Virus record (IMG/VR): IMGVR_UViG_3300025127_000021
DNA length: 64,000 nucleotides
Origin: an uncultured virus (IMG/VR IMGVR_UViG_3300025127_000021)
Taxonomy: Duplodnaviria > Heunggongvirae > Uroviricota > Caudoviricetes
Strand: one strand, 5' to 3'
Below the pieces are notes generated by a model. The model did not search any database. It saw only the letters and a list, made by a program, of their open reading frames with translations, and had not been told where the DNA came from. Each line of letters begins with the position of its first letter. Positions within the stretch are counted from its first letter, which is position 1. The position numbers and the translations under genes were made by a program. This document shows positions 36,901 through 45,832 of this stretch, in pieces.

Positions 36901-39900
36901 TCCACCCATGATTTATCCACCAGTGGATAGTTTTTTGAGCACCTTAACTCTTGATCCTTGTGGTCCAAATCGTGCAAAATTAACCCTTCCAAATATTATA
37001 GCATTTGGCGAACTGGCATTTACTGATTTGATAAAGGTTTTAGGGCAAGTATTTTATAAAGTGTTAGAACAGACAATATTGAAAGTTGTTGTGGGTGCGA
37101 TTGTAAAAATATTACAAATTTTAGAAAGTGCACTTTGTAAGGCACTAGAGATAACAGGAAACTTGGTAGCAAACGCACTGAGCCCGGGTGATCAAGGCGG
37201 TTTCCTAGGGGCAATAACTGACGCTTTTTGCGGAAAAGACACCGATAACGATGAAGAGCAAGTTGCTAGTGATATTTTGGCTGCATTGGGGGTTCGGCCC
37301 GGAGATTTACAGGGCATGACACAAGCAAGTCTATATGATTCTCACAAAGAATTGATGAAGACTCTTGGCTCTGTTGCTTCTATAAATGAATTCAAGTATT
37401 TGTTGGTTGGAATTCCATCAGAGCATGACAATGCTGTGTTAAGAAGACTATCGAATGCAATATCAGTCATCCACCCAGAGTACCGATCAACATTAGGAAA
37501 CCCCTCTAATGTCTCCATGGTTTTCGCCGCTGCTGGAAATTTACTTTCTCCAATTCAAAGACAATCAATAAAAGATGATTTGAATAATCCAGATGACGAT
37601 GTTCCGATAGACCCTTCTGTTTGTTTGACTCAAGAACAACTAGATCAATGGAATGATGATAGACGAAGACTGTTTGAAAATAACGGAGAAGGGTTGACAC
37701 CGGAGCAGGCTAAAGACTGGGTTGATAAATTAAATGATCGAGCACAAAGTGATATTATTGATGCTGCTTCTTTAATGGCCAATGGTATAGATGGCCCAAT
37801 GATTGATGCTATAAACCGATTGACAGACATAGAAAACACCGGAGACCCTGATTGTTCTATAAACAATACAGCTATTCAGCTTGATACCCCAACAACTCAA
37901 GAATTGATGGAACAAGCAGTTGAAGGTTTGTTCAAAGGATTATCAATAGAGTTTCAAAAAGATTTGGTTGGCGGCGGCTTGTTTTTTCGTAGAAATGGAA
38001 TAGTTGATCATATTTTAGCAGATTCGTGGGGCCGTCCGCTACGCTCACACCAAGGTAGAGCTAGAAGTACATTCATATGGCCCGATTGGGCAAATGATCA
38101 AGAATCTTTTGAGAACAAGAAAGAAAAATTAAAAGACTTTTTACCTGATTTCTTAGTTGACGCCTTCTTGGGAGACGAAGGGAAAGGTTACTTCCCAGAT
38201 ACTGTTGGTATACATTTGCAGAAAAAATTATTAGAACAGGATTTCTCATTTGAACCAGTTTTTGAAATGATACCAGAAAGAGTTTTTGAGTCTACCAAAT
38301 TGTCTTTTGCTAGGTTTACTGACTATGAGTTTGTTGTTGTAAGACCATCTATGAAAAAGCCCGACTTGGTGTTTGAATATAAAGATACACTCGGTGGTAA
38401 CCCTGATAAGTTTGGTTACGGCTTTGAGATAAAATATTCTTCTTTTCTAATGGGGCCAATGGGCGCCCGGAAAAAACTTGGATATCAAATGGCGGTCAAC
38501 TTCATGATTTCCACCGACTCACGAGAAACCGAACCGGAAGATATGAAAATTGAAAAGGGTAAAGTTTCCAAATTTAACAGAATGAGATTTACAGTAGAGG
38601 ACTCATACTCTCCTGATATTGGAATAATATTAAAAGAATTGGAATCTCAAAGGCTAGTTTTTACTGATGGTCAAAAGTCGCTACCAAGTCATGTAACCTT
38701 TCAAGGTTCTTTGTTGGATCAATATGTTAAGAAAATATGGGATGAATATGGGTATAGACCTCCAACAAAAATGTTTGCCAAATCAGTTTTTAACTATCAC
38801 TCTGCCGAGATGTACAAAAAAATGCGCGATGAAATTATGAAACCAGAAGGTAATACTCCTATCGGTTTTAAATTTGGTTACAATTCAGACTCAGCGGTAA
38901 CATATAAGGACTTACTTTATGTCAACCCCGATGCTGACCCTAACGATGAAGAGACTTGGTTTTATGACAAAGAAGAAGAGGAAGCAATTCTGGGAAAATC
39001 TGCGACAGAAAATCCAAGAGTTCACTTTTTAGATCCAGAGATTCATGGCGGCTGGTATAATTGGCCGAAAGTTTATGTTGAACCTTTTAAATACAACGGA
39101 ATGCTCAGCGTTATTCAATTGATGGTACCAGAGATTGATGGCTGTCAGCCAAAAAGATCAGACTTTTTAGATTCAAAAAGTTTAAAGGACCGTCAAGCAA
39201 AAACTAAAAACCAAGTAAAACCAGACAAAAGACTTGAGTTTGACGAAGACTGTGTAAAAAAGGTTCCGTTTGATTTAATTCAAGTTCCAAATATTCATGG
39301 AAATATCGATGCTACTGTTGTGGCCACGATAAGAGTTTATATAGCAGAGTTTATCTTAAGAGCTTTGCCAATATTTTCAACAGTTCAGTTTAATGATGAC
39401 AATTACGATAATGCTATATCTCAAGTGATAATTGAAGAAATGTCAAAACACATGAGTGATGAGGGTCGATGGTACGACTGGAGCTATATCAGAAAATATA
39501 CTTATTATTTGCATTTTTTGGAACAAGTAGCTCAAATAGTTCAACGACGTGTTGAAAATGGAGAACTTGAAGAAACAGAAGAAATGACCAAAGCTTTTGA
39601 AGAGATTCGAGAAGCTCAAAAAAGGTATGTACACATTAGTAAAACACACAGAGATAAGTTTCAAAACTCATCCAGACAGTGGGCTGAACGCCAAGGCTCA
39701 TTTGCAGAGGGCATGCGGCAGTCTAATCCCACATCAGCGTATCTTAATTTTTTGATGTTAGATGAAGAACCACGACCAAAAGATTTTGACTATCAAGTTA
39801 AAATGGGTATTATGATAGGATTTTATGGACCAAAAGCGGACCATATTGCCCGAGTAAAGCAACTGTTTGTGGATAATGATTTTAAAAATTATATAAGATT

Positions 39901-41260
39901 TAATACTAGTCGAATGAACATGACTTACACTCTTATGAGAAGGAGTGCAAAAATATATACAATTCATAGTGTCAAAAAACAATGTGAGACTTTGTTGAAA
40001 TATTTAATCAATGAAGAGTTGAATTTTTATTCTACCAAGCTATCAGAAACAATGAATCCGGGAGCACACATAACCAATCTTTCTAGGTATTATATTGGAG
40101 CTAGTAAATCAATTATTGCTCCAATGTTGGACACTGGTTTACTAACAGTGGAAAAAGCAATCTCTGGAACTTTTACAAACGATCAGGGTGAAGAAGAAGC
40201 GGTAGTGTCATATGAGCGAGACGTTGGTGATTGTATAGGGGTTTCAAAAAACGTGACAAATGACAACCCTCTGAGTTCAGTGGATTTACCAGAATATGTT
40301 AAAGAGCATGGTGGTTTTGTTGTGCAAAAATATGTTAAAGTCGTGGACAAGCCTGATGATGAATCAGAAGGTGTACCAGATATCATTAGAGACAGACCAG
40401 ACTATCTTAAAGGAATTGTTAATATTGATGAGTTTAGAAAATTCGTTCAAGAAAAACTTATTGACAATGAGGATTTTGAAATGGATAAATATTATTTATC
40501 TGAGGTCTTTGGTGATGCTGAGATAGTGGAAGATTTAAATGGCAATCCTGATGGAATTGTTGGATCTTTAGGATTTAAGTTCGGCGTGAGATTGTGCTTT
40601 GTGCCTCCAAATAATTTTGAACCACCTTCTGCTGGTTTTGGTACTTTATTGAAAGCCCAAAGGCAAAAAGCTTTTTATCTTCCTCCCGTTCCCGGCTTTA
40701 AAGGTGCTGCCCATATGTTCCCGTTAGCTGTTTTTGAAAAAGATATTTTGGATGACCCATTGTCTGAAATTGACTGGGCGCATCCTAACTTTGGTGAAGA
40801 CTTGAGATGCTATATAGATGGTTTATCAAATACACCAGAGTTTCAAATGATCTTTAAACACATTTTTCCTCTTCGAAGGGTTGGTAGTCTAATAGGGATA
40901 TATTCTTATTTTGGCTTTTTGTCATCCGTGGGTGAAGACCCATCAGAAAGAACAGAGGATGCAAGAAAATCTGAAAATGAGGATGATGATGATGTCTGGA
41001 GAGAAGGTCTATTTGATGATACAAAACATATGTGCTTTAGGATGTTCAAAAGTTTCTATGAAGCCGATAGTTGGGACTTTGGTTGGGACTGGGATTTTTC
41101 TTTTAATTTTAGATTATGGTTCCAAGATATGTTTCCGTCTATATTTACTAATATAGACCCTTCTGTTCGATGGTGGCAACGCTGGAGAATTAAAAAAACA
41201 AGACCGTTTGATAAAGATGGCACTGAATGTAGGGGGCTTTTTGGGAGCGTAATAGGTTAG
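33917..41260 (+). CDS. giant structural protein (2447 aa), function unknown
   Basis: Uninterrupted ORF in the tail module; CPTC N-terminus, central coiled coil. Confidence 0.65.
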   Translation: MSNDDRGIKRFQTDVCEPALPPAEEKFCPTCIPNPDAIVPDWKLSDGEPFLNEKTCEYQISVMINEEGDYYTSKEIGNAMRKDNIPLPMILRSYVLPACRLLLRYYEKEETDQTVCAFPAVSGTIDPTAFMEPDWAVGDKEKNCMSIYSMMRAAKIPEDFLDKVIREVEVPIPNSDNDFFTMQIVDGAMIYQFQKKSEIDPDARPINSDGLELYAKVSDYDLGSSPAEPMKVLVSVPAYIFDSIPEAPEPETLDFSSKEEVILSGPRLKAMTKRLHKALKVYGRYQAYWWQTERASIYKSGRNADGEYVPVGTGEEGTAFADKGSKLERDSSGDPIGDPSIFYIMEYEQPVLKFLDALDTLLEQNGARLTSAPNFLGDRVEEIKIVFEPDEPESAPTEEDEILDEDLQAVENLQGQPDAVPEQGEVDMEFDSESGPLRIKAVWFKYNMCGWQKAKSGFKKFLEKEVVKDKTVVGYFSNLTDIDSDLMAKQTPGWLDFIVKYTYPPLQIRYENENLETRQNPIACVIDAAGGPNALRDYIFNTVMSMGDAIAYQFSKNACKLISQEQKRALGTLTAKEQKNLYRPTDYKFKEWKKGLEARANASVKKHYEKETKAIKAQGKQIEREDFKNKAAYDAAVQENRMEQKRNTVRESEAVQHPYRSLAMDAALKEFPLDNTLLGLFVDESDLRAFGLGALFDDPLASLDGEEENSKWELIKRKLDLCGITQLGLKAIQCLMGGVSADVAYGAIIKAALRAMDNTNFEKFFIGLPYEKQLEIQEKIKKDIGDLPPPWEWEPGPATIPREKYDLVTQEDSVASNNQKTFANDDKILQITDILLPEIQTKLDEVSGKMNKTDDKDKKESYSIQYEKLNKQFNDLLKERDKLNRQNKKLQAANEQSNNKIEKLNEYFGDLSSEDKDKMRIAVAKYKHNKKHDPEEKIKQGTIGKALGGIQKVLFEAYVDAILDTVGFDKLLSILDKFPGAKIIINAIAKLDCLSPPMIYPPVDSFLSTLTLDPCGPNRAKLTLPNIIAFGELAFTDLIKVLGQVFYKVLEQTILKVVVGAIVKILQILESALCKALEITGNLVANALSPGDQGGFLGAITDAFCGKDTDNDEEQVASDILAALGVRPGDLQGMTQASLYDSHKELMKTLGSVASINEFKYLLVGIPSEHDNAVLRRLSNAISVIHPEYRSTLGNPSNVSMVFAAAGNLLSPIQRQSIKDDLNNPDDDVPIDPSVCLTQEQLDQWNDDRRRLFENNGEGLTPEQAKDWVDKLNDRAQSDIIDAASLMANGIDGPMIDAINRLTDIENTGDPDCSINNTAIQLDTPTTQELMEQAVEGLFKGLSIEFQKDLVGGGLFFRRNGIVDHILADSWGRPLRSHQGRARSTFIWPDWANDQESFENKKEKLKDFLPDFLVDAFLGDEGKGYFPDTVGIHLQKKLLEQDFSFEPVFEMIPERVFESTKLSFARFTDYEFVVVRPSMKKPDLVFEYKDTLGGNPDKFGYGFEIKYSSFLMGPMGARKKLGYQMAVNFMISTDSRETEPEDMKIEKGKVSKFNRMRFTVEDSYSPDIGIILKELESQRLVFTDGQKSLPSHVTFQGSLLDQYVKKIWDEYGYRPPTKMFAKSVFNYHSAEMYKKMRDEIMKPEGNTPIGFKFGYNSDSAVTYKDLLYVNPDADPNDEETWFYDKEEEEAILGKSATENPRVHFLDPEIHGGWYNWPKVYVEPFKYNGMLSVIQLMVPEIDGCQPKRSDFLDSKSLKDRQAKTKNQVKPDKRLEFDEDCVKKVPFDLIQVPNIHGNIDATVVATIRVYIAEFILRALPIFSTVQFNDDNYDNAISQVIIEEMSKHMSDEGRWYDWSYIRKYTYYLHFLEQVAQIVQRRVENGELEETEEMTKAFEEIREAQKRYVHISKTHRDKFQNSSRQWAERQGSFAEGMRQSNPTSAYLNFLMLDEEPRPKDFDYQVKMGIMIGFYGPKADHIARVKQLFVDNDFKNYIRFNTSRMNMTYTLMRRSAKIYTIHSVKKQCETLLKYLINEELNFYSTKLSETMNPGAHITNLSRYYIGASKSIIAPMLDTGLLTVEKAISGTFTNDQGEEEAVVSYERDVGDCIGVSKNVTNDNPLSSVDLPEYVKEHGGFVVQKYVKVVDKPDDESEGVPDIIRDRPDYLKGIVNIDEFRKFVQEKLIDNEDFEMDKYYLSEVFGDAEIVEDLNGNPDGIVGSLGFKFGVRLCFVPPNNFEPPSAGFGTLLKAQRQKAFYLPPVPGFKGAAHMFPLAVFEKDILDDPLSEIDWAHPNFGEDLRCYIDGLSNTPEFQMIFKHIFPLRRVGSLIGIYSYFGFLSSVGEDPSERTEDARKSENEDDDDVWREGLFDDTKHMCFRMFKSFYEADSWDFGWDWDFSFNFRLWFQDMFPSIFTNIDPSVRWWQRWRIKKTRPFDKDGTECRGLFGSVIG

Positions 41261-41261
41261 T

Positions 41262-42395
41262 ATGTCGACAAAGTTTAAGAACAATGTAGATAAGTTAAGA
41301 GATAATTTAGGTCATGGAAATGTAACGACACAACAAACTAATGATATTATAGAAGAAATAATATTCAATAGGTTGAGAGGTAAAAAGTATTTTTATGGTA
41401 TATGTTTAACTGGAGCGTCTCCCGCTGAAAGCACACCATTGCCAGTAAAAGATGGCATGATATATCCTATAAAGCTTCGACCACTAGACTTGATAGATGA
41501 TATAATTGAGGACCCATGCCATGAAAAATTCAAAAAAGATCCTAAAAAAGTAGGAGTTTTGATATCGATGTGTCCAATTGCGATAGGATACAGTCAGCTT
41601 GGAGCGGGACAAAGAACCCCCGGATTTGGAGAAAGAGTCCTAGTTGAATTTACTTGTGGCCACCCATCAGAATCAGGAAAGATGAGGTGCTTAAGATATA
41701 GGTATCCAAGTGCAAATGAGGAATATGATTACTATTGTTCAAACCAAGCACTTCAAAGTATGGTCGGGAAGTTTACAGCCACCTCGCCAATGTCAATGGG
41801 AACCTTTGCTGGTGGTCAAGGTGATCGCCCCATGTCAGAAGCCGCCATACCAGACATGGGACCAGAAATGTATTTAGGTCGAAGTAAGCGAAGAAAACCC
41901 CCCACTATGATTGTTGTTCATACAACAGCCGGCTGGACTAAAAAAGGGGCCATCCGCACTTTGATGAGAAAACATCTTGGATATCATTATATCTTGGATT
42001 ATGATGGGTCTGTTGATATGCTAAGCGATCCTGCTATTTGGAACACTTGGCATGCTCCACCTACAAATATGTATTCAATAGGGATATCATTTGTAAATGT
42101 CGCTTGGGAAAGAAAAGGCGTTAAAGAAAAGAAAATAGCCAACAACACCGAACCATGGAAAGAATACCAATGGCTTCATCCAAGAACCAAAAGAATAGAT
42201 CGAAAGCGTAAATGGCAACCATTTACCAACGAACAAGTTAATTCATATGTTACTTTGATGCGCCAATTGGTGCAAAAGTTTAATATTACAAGAGAGAATG
42301 TCAAAATGCATGCTGAAGTTTCAAAAACTGGTAAGATGGACCCCGGTCCTGCATTTCCATGGGAACAAACTTTAAATCAAATTTATGGCGGTTAA
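41262..42395 (+). CDS. hub-like N-domain plus N-acetylmuramoyl-L-alanine amidase (Amidase_2)
   Basis: IVVHTTA, GYHY, WHA, SIGI, MHAEV, KMDPG. Confidence 0.85.
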   Translation: MSTKFKNNVDKLRDNLGHGNVTTQQTNDIIEEIIFNRLRGKKYFYGICLTGASPAESTPLPVKDGMIYPIKLRPLDLIDDIIEDPCHEKFKKDPKKVGVLISMCPIAIGYSQLGAGQRTPGFGERVLVEFTCGHPSESGKMRCLRYRYPSANEEYDYYCSNQALQSMVGKFTATSPMSMGTFAGGQGDRPMSEAAIPDMGPEMYLGRSKRRKPPTMIVVHTTAGWTKKGAIRTLMRKHLGYHYILDYDGSVDMLSDPAIWNTWHAPPTNMYSIGISFVNVAWERKGVKEKKIANNTEPWKEYQWLHPRTKRIDRKRKWQPFTNEQVNSYVTLMRQLVQKFNITRENVKMHAEVSKTGKMDPGPAFPWEQTLNQIYGG

Positions 42396-43565
42396 TTGTA
42401 ATTATAAAAGACGAGAGGGGGTTTTATTATGTCTAGGCAAATACTTAAAAACAACAGTATTAATTTTAGCGTCAATAGAATTTTTGACAAAAGCTATCGC
42501 CATATGATTAGTAGAATTGTTGAGGACAATTTTTACAGTAGGTTTAAGGATAAAGGAAAGTTCAAGGCAATATGTCTGTCCGGTGCTCCAACGGCTGAAA
42601 ACCCTGCCAAACCTCCTTCTCAAGCAAAATATTTTCATTATCCAATTAAAGTTATGCCTGTGGAGCTACACGGTGAGTTATTACCCGATCCCTGCGCTGA
42701 AGCATTTAAAGACAAAACCACTATTGCAAAACATATTATAAGTATGTATCCAACCGTACTTCCCATATCCAGTTTGGATGCTGGGGAAAGAACACCCGGT
42801 TTCGGCGAGGAAATATGGGTTGAATTTGTAAGCGAAGGGCCTCAAATTTCCGGAAAAATGAGGGGGTTTCGATACCATTACCCTCAACAAGGTGATGAAT
42901 ATGACTATTATTGTGCAAACCAAGAGTTACAAAGCTTAGTTGGCAAGTTCGCCGCTAAAGGTGCACCAATGCCAATGGGACAATTCACAGAACTTCAAGG
43001 CGACCGCCCCATGTCAGAAACTGGTCTACCAGACATGGGACCAGAAATGTATCTTGGAAGAAGTAAACGTAGAAAACCGCCCACTATGGTGGTGGTTCAC
43101 ACCACTGCTGGTTGGACTAAAAAAGGAGCCATTCGTACTTTGATGAAAAAACATCTTGGTTATCACTATATTATTGATTACGATGGCACAGTCGATATGT
43201 TAAGTGACCCGGCTATTTGGAACACTTGGCATGCTCCACCCACAAATATGTATTCTGTTGGTATATCATTTGTAAATGTTGCTTGGGAAAGAAAAGGTGT
43301 CAAAGAGAAGAAAATAGCTAATAATACTGAGCCATGGAAAGAATACCAATGGCTTCACCCAAGGACAAAAAGAATAGATCGAAAGCGCAAGTGGCAACCA
43401 TTTACCAACGAACAGGTGGGTGCTTATATTGGTTTAATGAAGAGTATTGTTTCTAAATTCAACATTACAAGAGAGAATGTCAAAATGCATGCCGAAGTGT
43501 CAAAAACTGGCAAGATGGATCCGGGACCTGCATTTCCATGGGAAGAATCTTTAAATCAGATATAT
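41817..43565 (+). repeat. 570-bp diverged direct duplication (41817-42386 / 42996-43565)
   Basis: Amidase-coding halves align without gaps; differences are mostly synonymous. Confidence 0.9.
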
Positions 43566-43571
43566 TTATAG
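42429..43571 (+). CDS. paralogous hub-like N-domain plus Amidase_2
   Basis: Same motifs; C-terminal 190 aa about 90% identical to the upstream gene. Confidence 0.85.
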   Translation: MSRQILKNNSINFSVNRIFDKSYRHMISRIVEDNFYSRFKDKGKFKAICLSGAPTAENPAKPPSQAKYFHYPIKVMPVELHGELLPDPCAEAFKDKTTIAKHIISMYPTVLPISSLDAGERTPGFGEEIWVEFVSEGPQISGKMRGFRYHYPQQGDEYDYYCANQELQSLVGKFAAKGAPMPMGQFTELQGDRPMSETGLPDMGPEMYLGRSKRRKPPTMVVVHTTAGWTKKGAIRTLMKKHLGYHYIIDYDGTVDMLSDPAIWNTWHAPPTNMYSVGISFVNVAWERKGVKEKKIANNTEPWKEYQWLHPRTKRIDRKRKWQPFTNEQVGAYIGLMKSIVSKFNITRENVKMHAEVSKTGKMDPGPAFPWEESLNQIYL

Positions 43572-43590
43572 CTAGAAAGAGGTTAACTAT

Positions 43591-43971
43591 ATGAGAAGAA
43601 CATCGCCAATTTTGCCTTTAGACTTGGCCACTGGTACAATAAATTCTTTTAGCGAAGAAGAAATAGAAAAAATGATCAAGCAAAATTTAAAAATGATTTT
43701 GCTTACCCACCCGGGAGAAAGGATCATGGTACCTGATTTTGGCGTTGGTCTGCCAAGATTTATATTTGAGCTTGAAAATGATGAAGATATATATGATGAG
43801 CTTATGGATAGAATACGAGAACAAGTTTCAATCTACTTGCCTGTTATAAAAATTAACAATCTAAGTATGGAGTCATATCCGGATGAGGCCTACGTTAACG
43901 TTAAATTAGACTATACTATTGACTTTTTGGAAATTAAAGATAGTTTAGATTTAATACTGAACGAATATTGA
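43591..43971 (+). CDS. baseplate wedge protein, T4 gp25/GPW-like
   Basis: QNLKMILLTHPGERIMVPDFGVGL. Confidence 0.9.
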   Translation: MRRTSPILPLDLATGTINSFSEEEIEKMIKQNLKMILLTHPGERIMVPDFGVGLPRFIFELENDEDIYDELMDRIREQVSIYLPVIKINNLSMESYPDEAYVNVKLDYTIDFLEIKDSLDLILNEY

Positions 43972-44001
43972 GCCTTTTAATTATTAACTTAATTGCACTG
44001 A

Positions 44002-44009
44002 ACTATTTA
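44002..44009 (+). promoter_or_regulatory. candidate late promoter
   Basis: ACTATTTA, GAGG SD, ATG 44030. Confidence 0.6.
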
Positions 44010-44029
44010 TGAACTAGAGGGTTTCATTT

Positions 44030-45832
44030 ATGGCTAAAAGAAAAAACATTCCGATAAAATATACCAGCAGGGATTTTAGAAAAATCAAAGAAGACTTAAT
44101 CCAGCATGCAAAAAGATACTATCCTAATGAATTTAGAGATTTTTCTGAGGCATCGTTTGGTTCTCTTTTGTTAGACTCTGTCTCTTATGTTGGCGATGTG
44201 ATGTCTTTTTATTTAGATTATCAAGTTAACGAAAGTTTTATTGATTCTGCTATTGAATATGACAATATTCGCCGCCACGCTAGAACTTTAGGATATAAAT
44301 ATCGAGGATCAAAATGTGCTTTCGGCACAGTTCAGCTTTTTGTGATAGTTCCTAGTAATTCTGATGGCACTGCTCCTGATTTTGCTTATATACCGGTTCT
44401 CAAATCTGGTGCAAGATTTAGTTCTACATCAGGAGTAAGATTTACATTGACTGAGGATGTTAATTTTTCAAATCCTAAAAATGATGTGATAGCAGCAAGG
44501 TTTGATTCTAATACTGGTGCGACAACATATTATGCTGTACGGGCTCACGCTCAAGTTAAGTCTGGTGTGTTAGCATATGTAGATGTTGACCTAACAGAAG
44601 ATGATCATCAAAGGTTCAAGAGAGTATATATTGGAGACAGCAATATTTCTGAGATTGCCAGCGTATATGACAATGATGGAAATGAATATTATGAAGTTGA
44701 TTATTTGACCCAAGAAGTAATTTTCCGTGAAATGACAAACCCCAATGCAGCGTCTGATGGCGTAAGAAGTATCTTAAAACCTTACATAGCAGCTAGAAGG
44801 TTTACAGTGACACAAGATGAGTCTGGGACATATTTGCAGTTTGGGTTTGGATCCGAAGATGATTCGGAAACAACAGGACTTGTAGACCCTTCTAGGGCTG
44901 CTTTAAAAATGCATGCAAAAAGATCAATTACAACGACTAAGTTTGACCCATCTAAGCTGCTGACAACAAACAAATTGGGTATTTCTCCAAGTGGAAAGAG
45001 ACTCAGGATACTGTTTAGATCCAATGAGACGGTGTTTACTTCTGTGCCGGCCAACACTGTGTCCACGGTTGTTTCTTCTAAGTTTGACTTTGAGAACGAA
45101 ATAACTTTAAATTCTGGTTTAGTTGCAGAAGTAAGAGATTCAATAGAGGTGACTAATGATTCTCCAATAACAGGAGATTCTGATACCCTTACTAGAGACG
45201 AAATCCGCCTCAGGGCCAGATCTTATTTCGCAACTCAAGGACGTGCTGTGACTGCTCAAGATTATGAGTCTTTGGTATACAACATGCCTCCAAAATACGG
45301 TGGCGTCATGAGGGTTGCCATAGTTAATGACCCATCTTCTTCAAACAGAAGGTTATCAATGTATGTTATTTCTGTTGATGATAATGAACACTTGATCAAG
45401 ACTAGTGGTGTGACAAAAAACAATATCAAAAATTATCTTTCTGAACAAAAGTCTATGAACGATGTCATTGACATACTTGATGCAAAAGTGGTAAATTTTG
45501 GAATAAAATATTCTGTCACCTCTGCTCCCACTTTTAATTCAAACGCTGTCATGACAGAAATTAATGATAGGGTGTTGGACCACTACGAAGACAAGCTATA
45601 CATTGGCGAGCCAATATATATAAGCGAGCTATATAATATCATCAATAAGACTCGTGGGGTTGTTGACGTTAAAAAAGTTGAGATCGAAAACAAAACAGGA
45701 ATTAATTACTCTAGTAACACACTGGACATATATAATTCTATGTCAAAAGACGGAACATATATTAAAGTCCCCAGAGATGTCATCATGGAGCTAAAATATC
45801 CAAATCTAGATATTAAAGGTACAATAAAATAA
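44030..45832 (+). CDS. baseplate wedge protein, T4 gp6/baseplate-J-like
   Basis: YTSRDF..IK..L, DFSEAS.G, ESFIDSA, RAVTAQDYE. Confidence 0.9.
   Translation: MAKRKNIPIKYTSRDFRKIKEDLIQHAKRYYPNEFRDFSEASFGSLLLDSVSYVGDVMSFYLDYQVNESFIDSAIEYDNIRRHARTLGYKYRGSKCAFGTVQLFVIVPSNSDGTAPDFAYIPVLKSGARFSSTSGVRFTLTEDVNFSNPKNDVIAARFDSNTGATTYYAVRAHAQVKSGVLAYVDVDLTEDDHQRFKRVYIGDSNISEIASVYDNDGNEYYEVDYLTQEVIFREMTNPNAASDGVRSILKPYIAARRFTVTQDESGTYLQFGFGSEDDSETTGLVDPSRAALKMHAKRSITTTKFDPSKLLTTNKLGISPSGKRLRILFRSNETVFTSVPANTVSTVVSSKFDFENEITLNSGLVAEVRDSIEVTNDSPITGDSDTLTRDEIRLRARSYFATQGRAVTAQDYESLVYNMPPKYGGVMRVAIVNDPSSSNRRLSMYVISVDDNEHLIKTSGVTKNNIKNYLSEQKSMNDVIDILDAKVVNFGIKYSVTSAPTFNSNAVMTEINDRVLDHYEDKLYIGEPIYISELYNIINKTRGVVDVKKVEIENKTGINYSSNTLDIYNSMSKDGTYIKVPRDVIMELKYPNLDIKGTIK

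Noticed and set aside
41817..43565. Duplication as a diversity-generating retroelement TR/VR pair
   Set aside because: Both copies are coding, mismatches are mostly synonymous and not adenine-specific, and no reverse transcriptase is present in the window.
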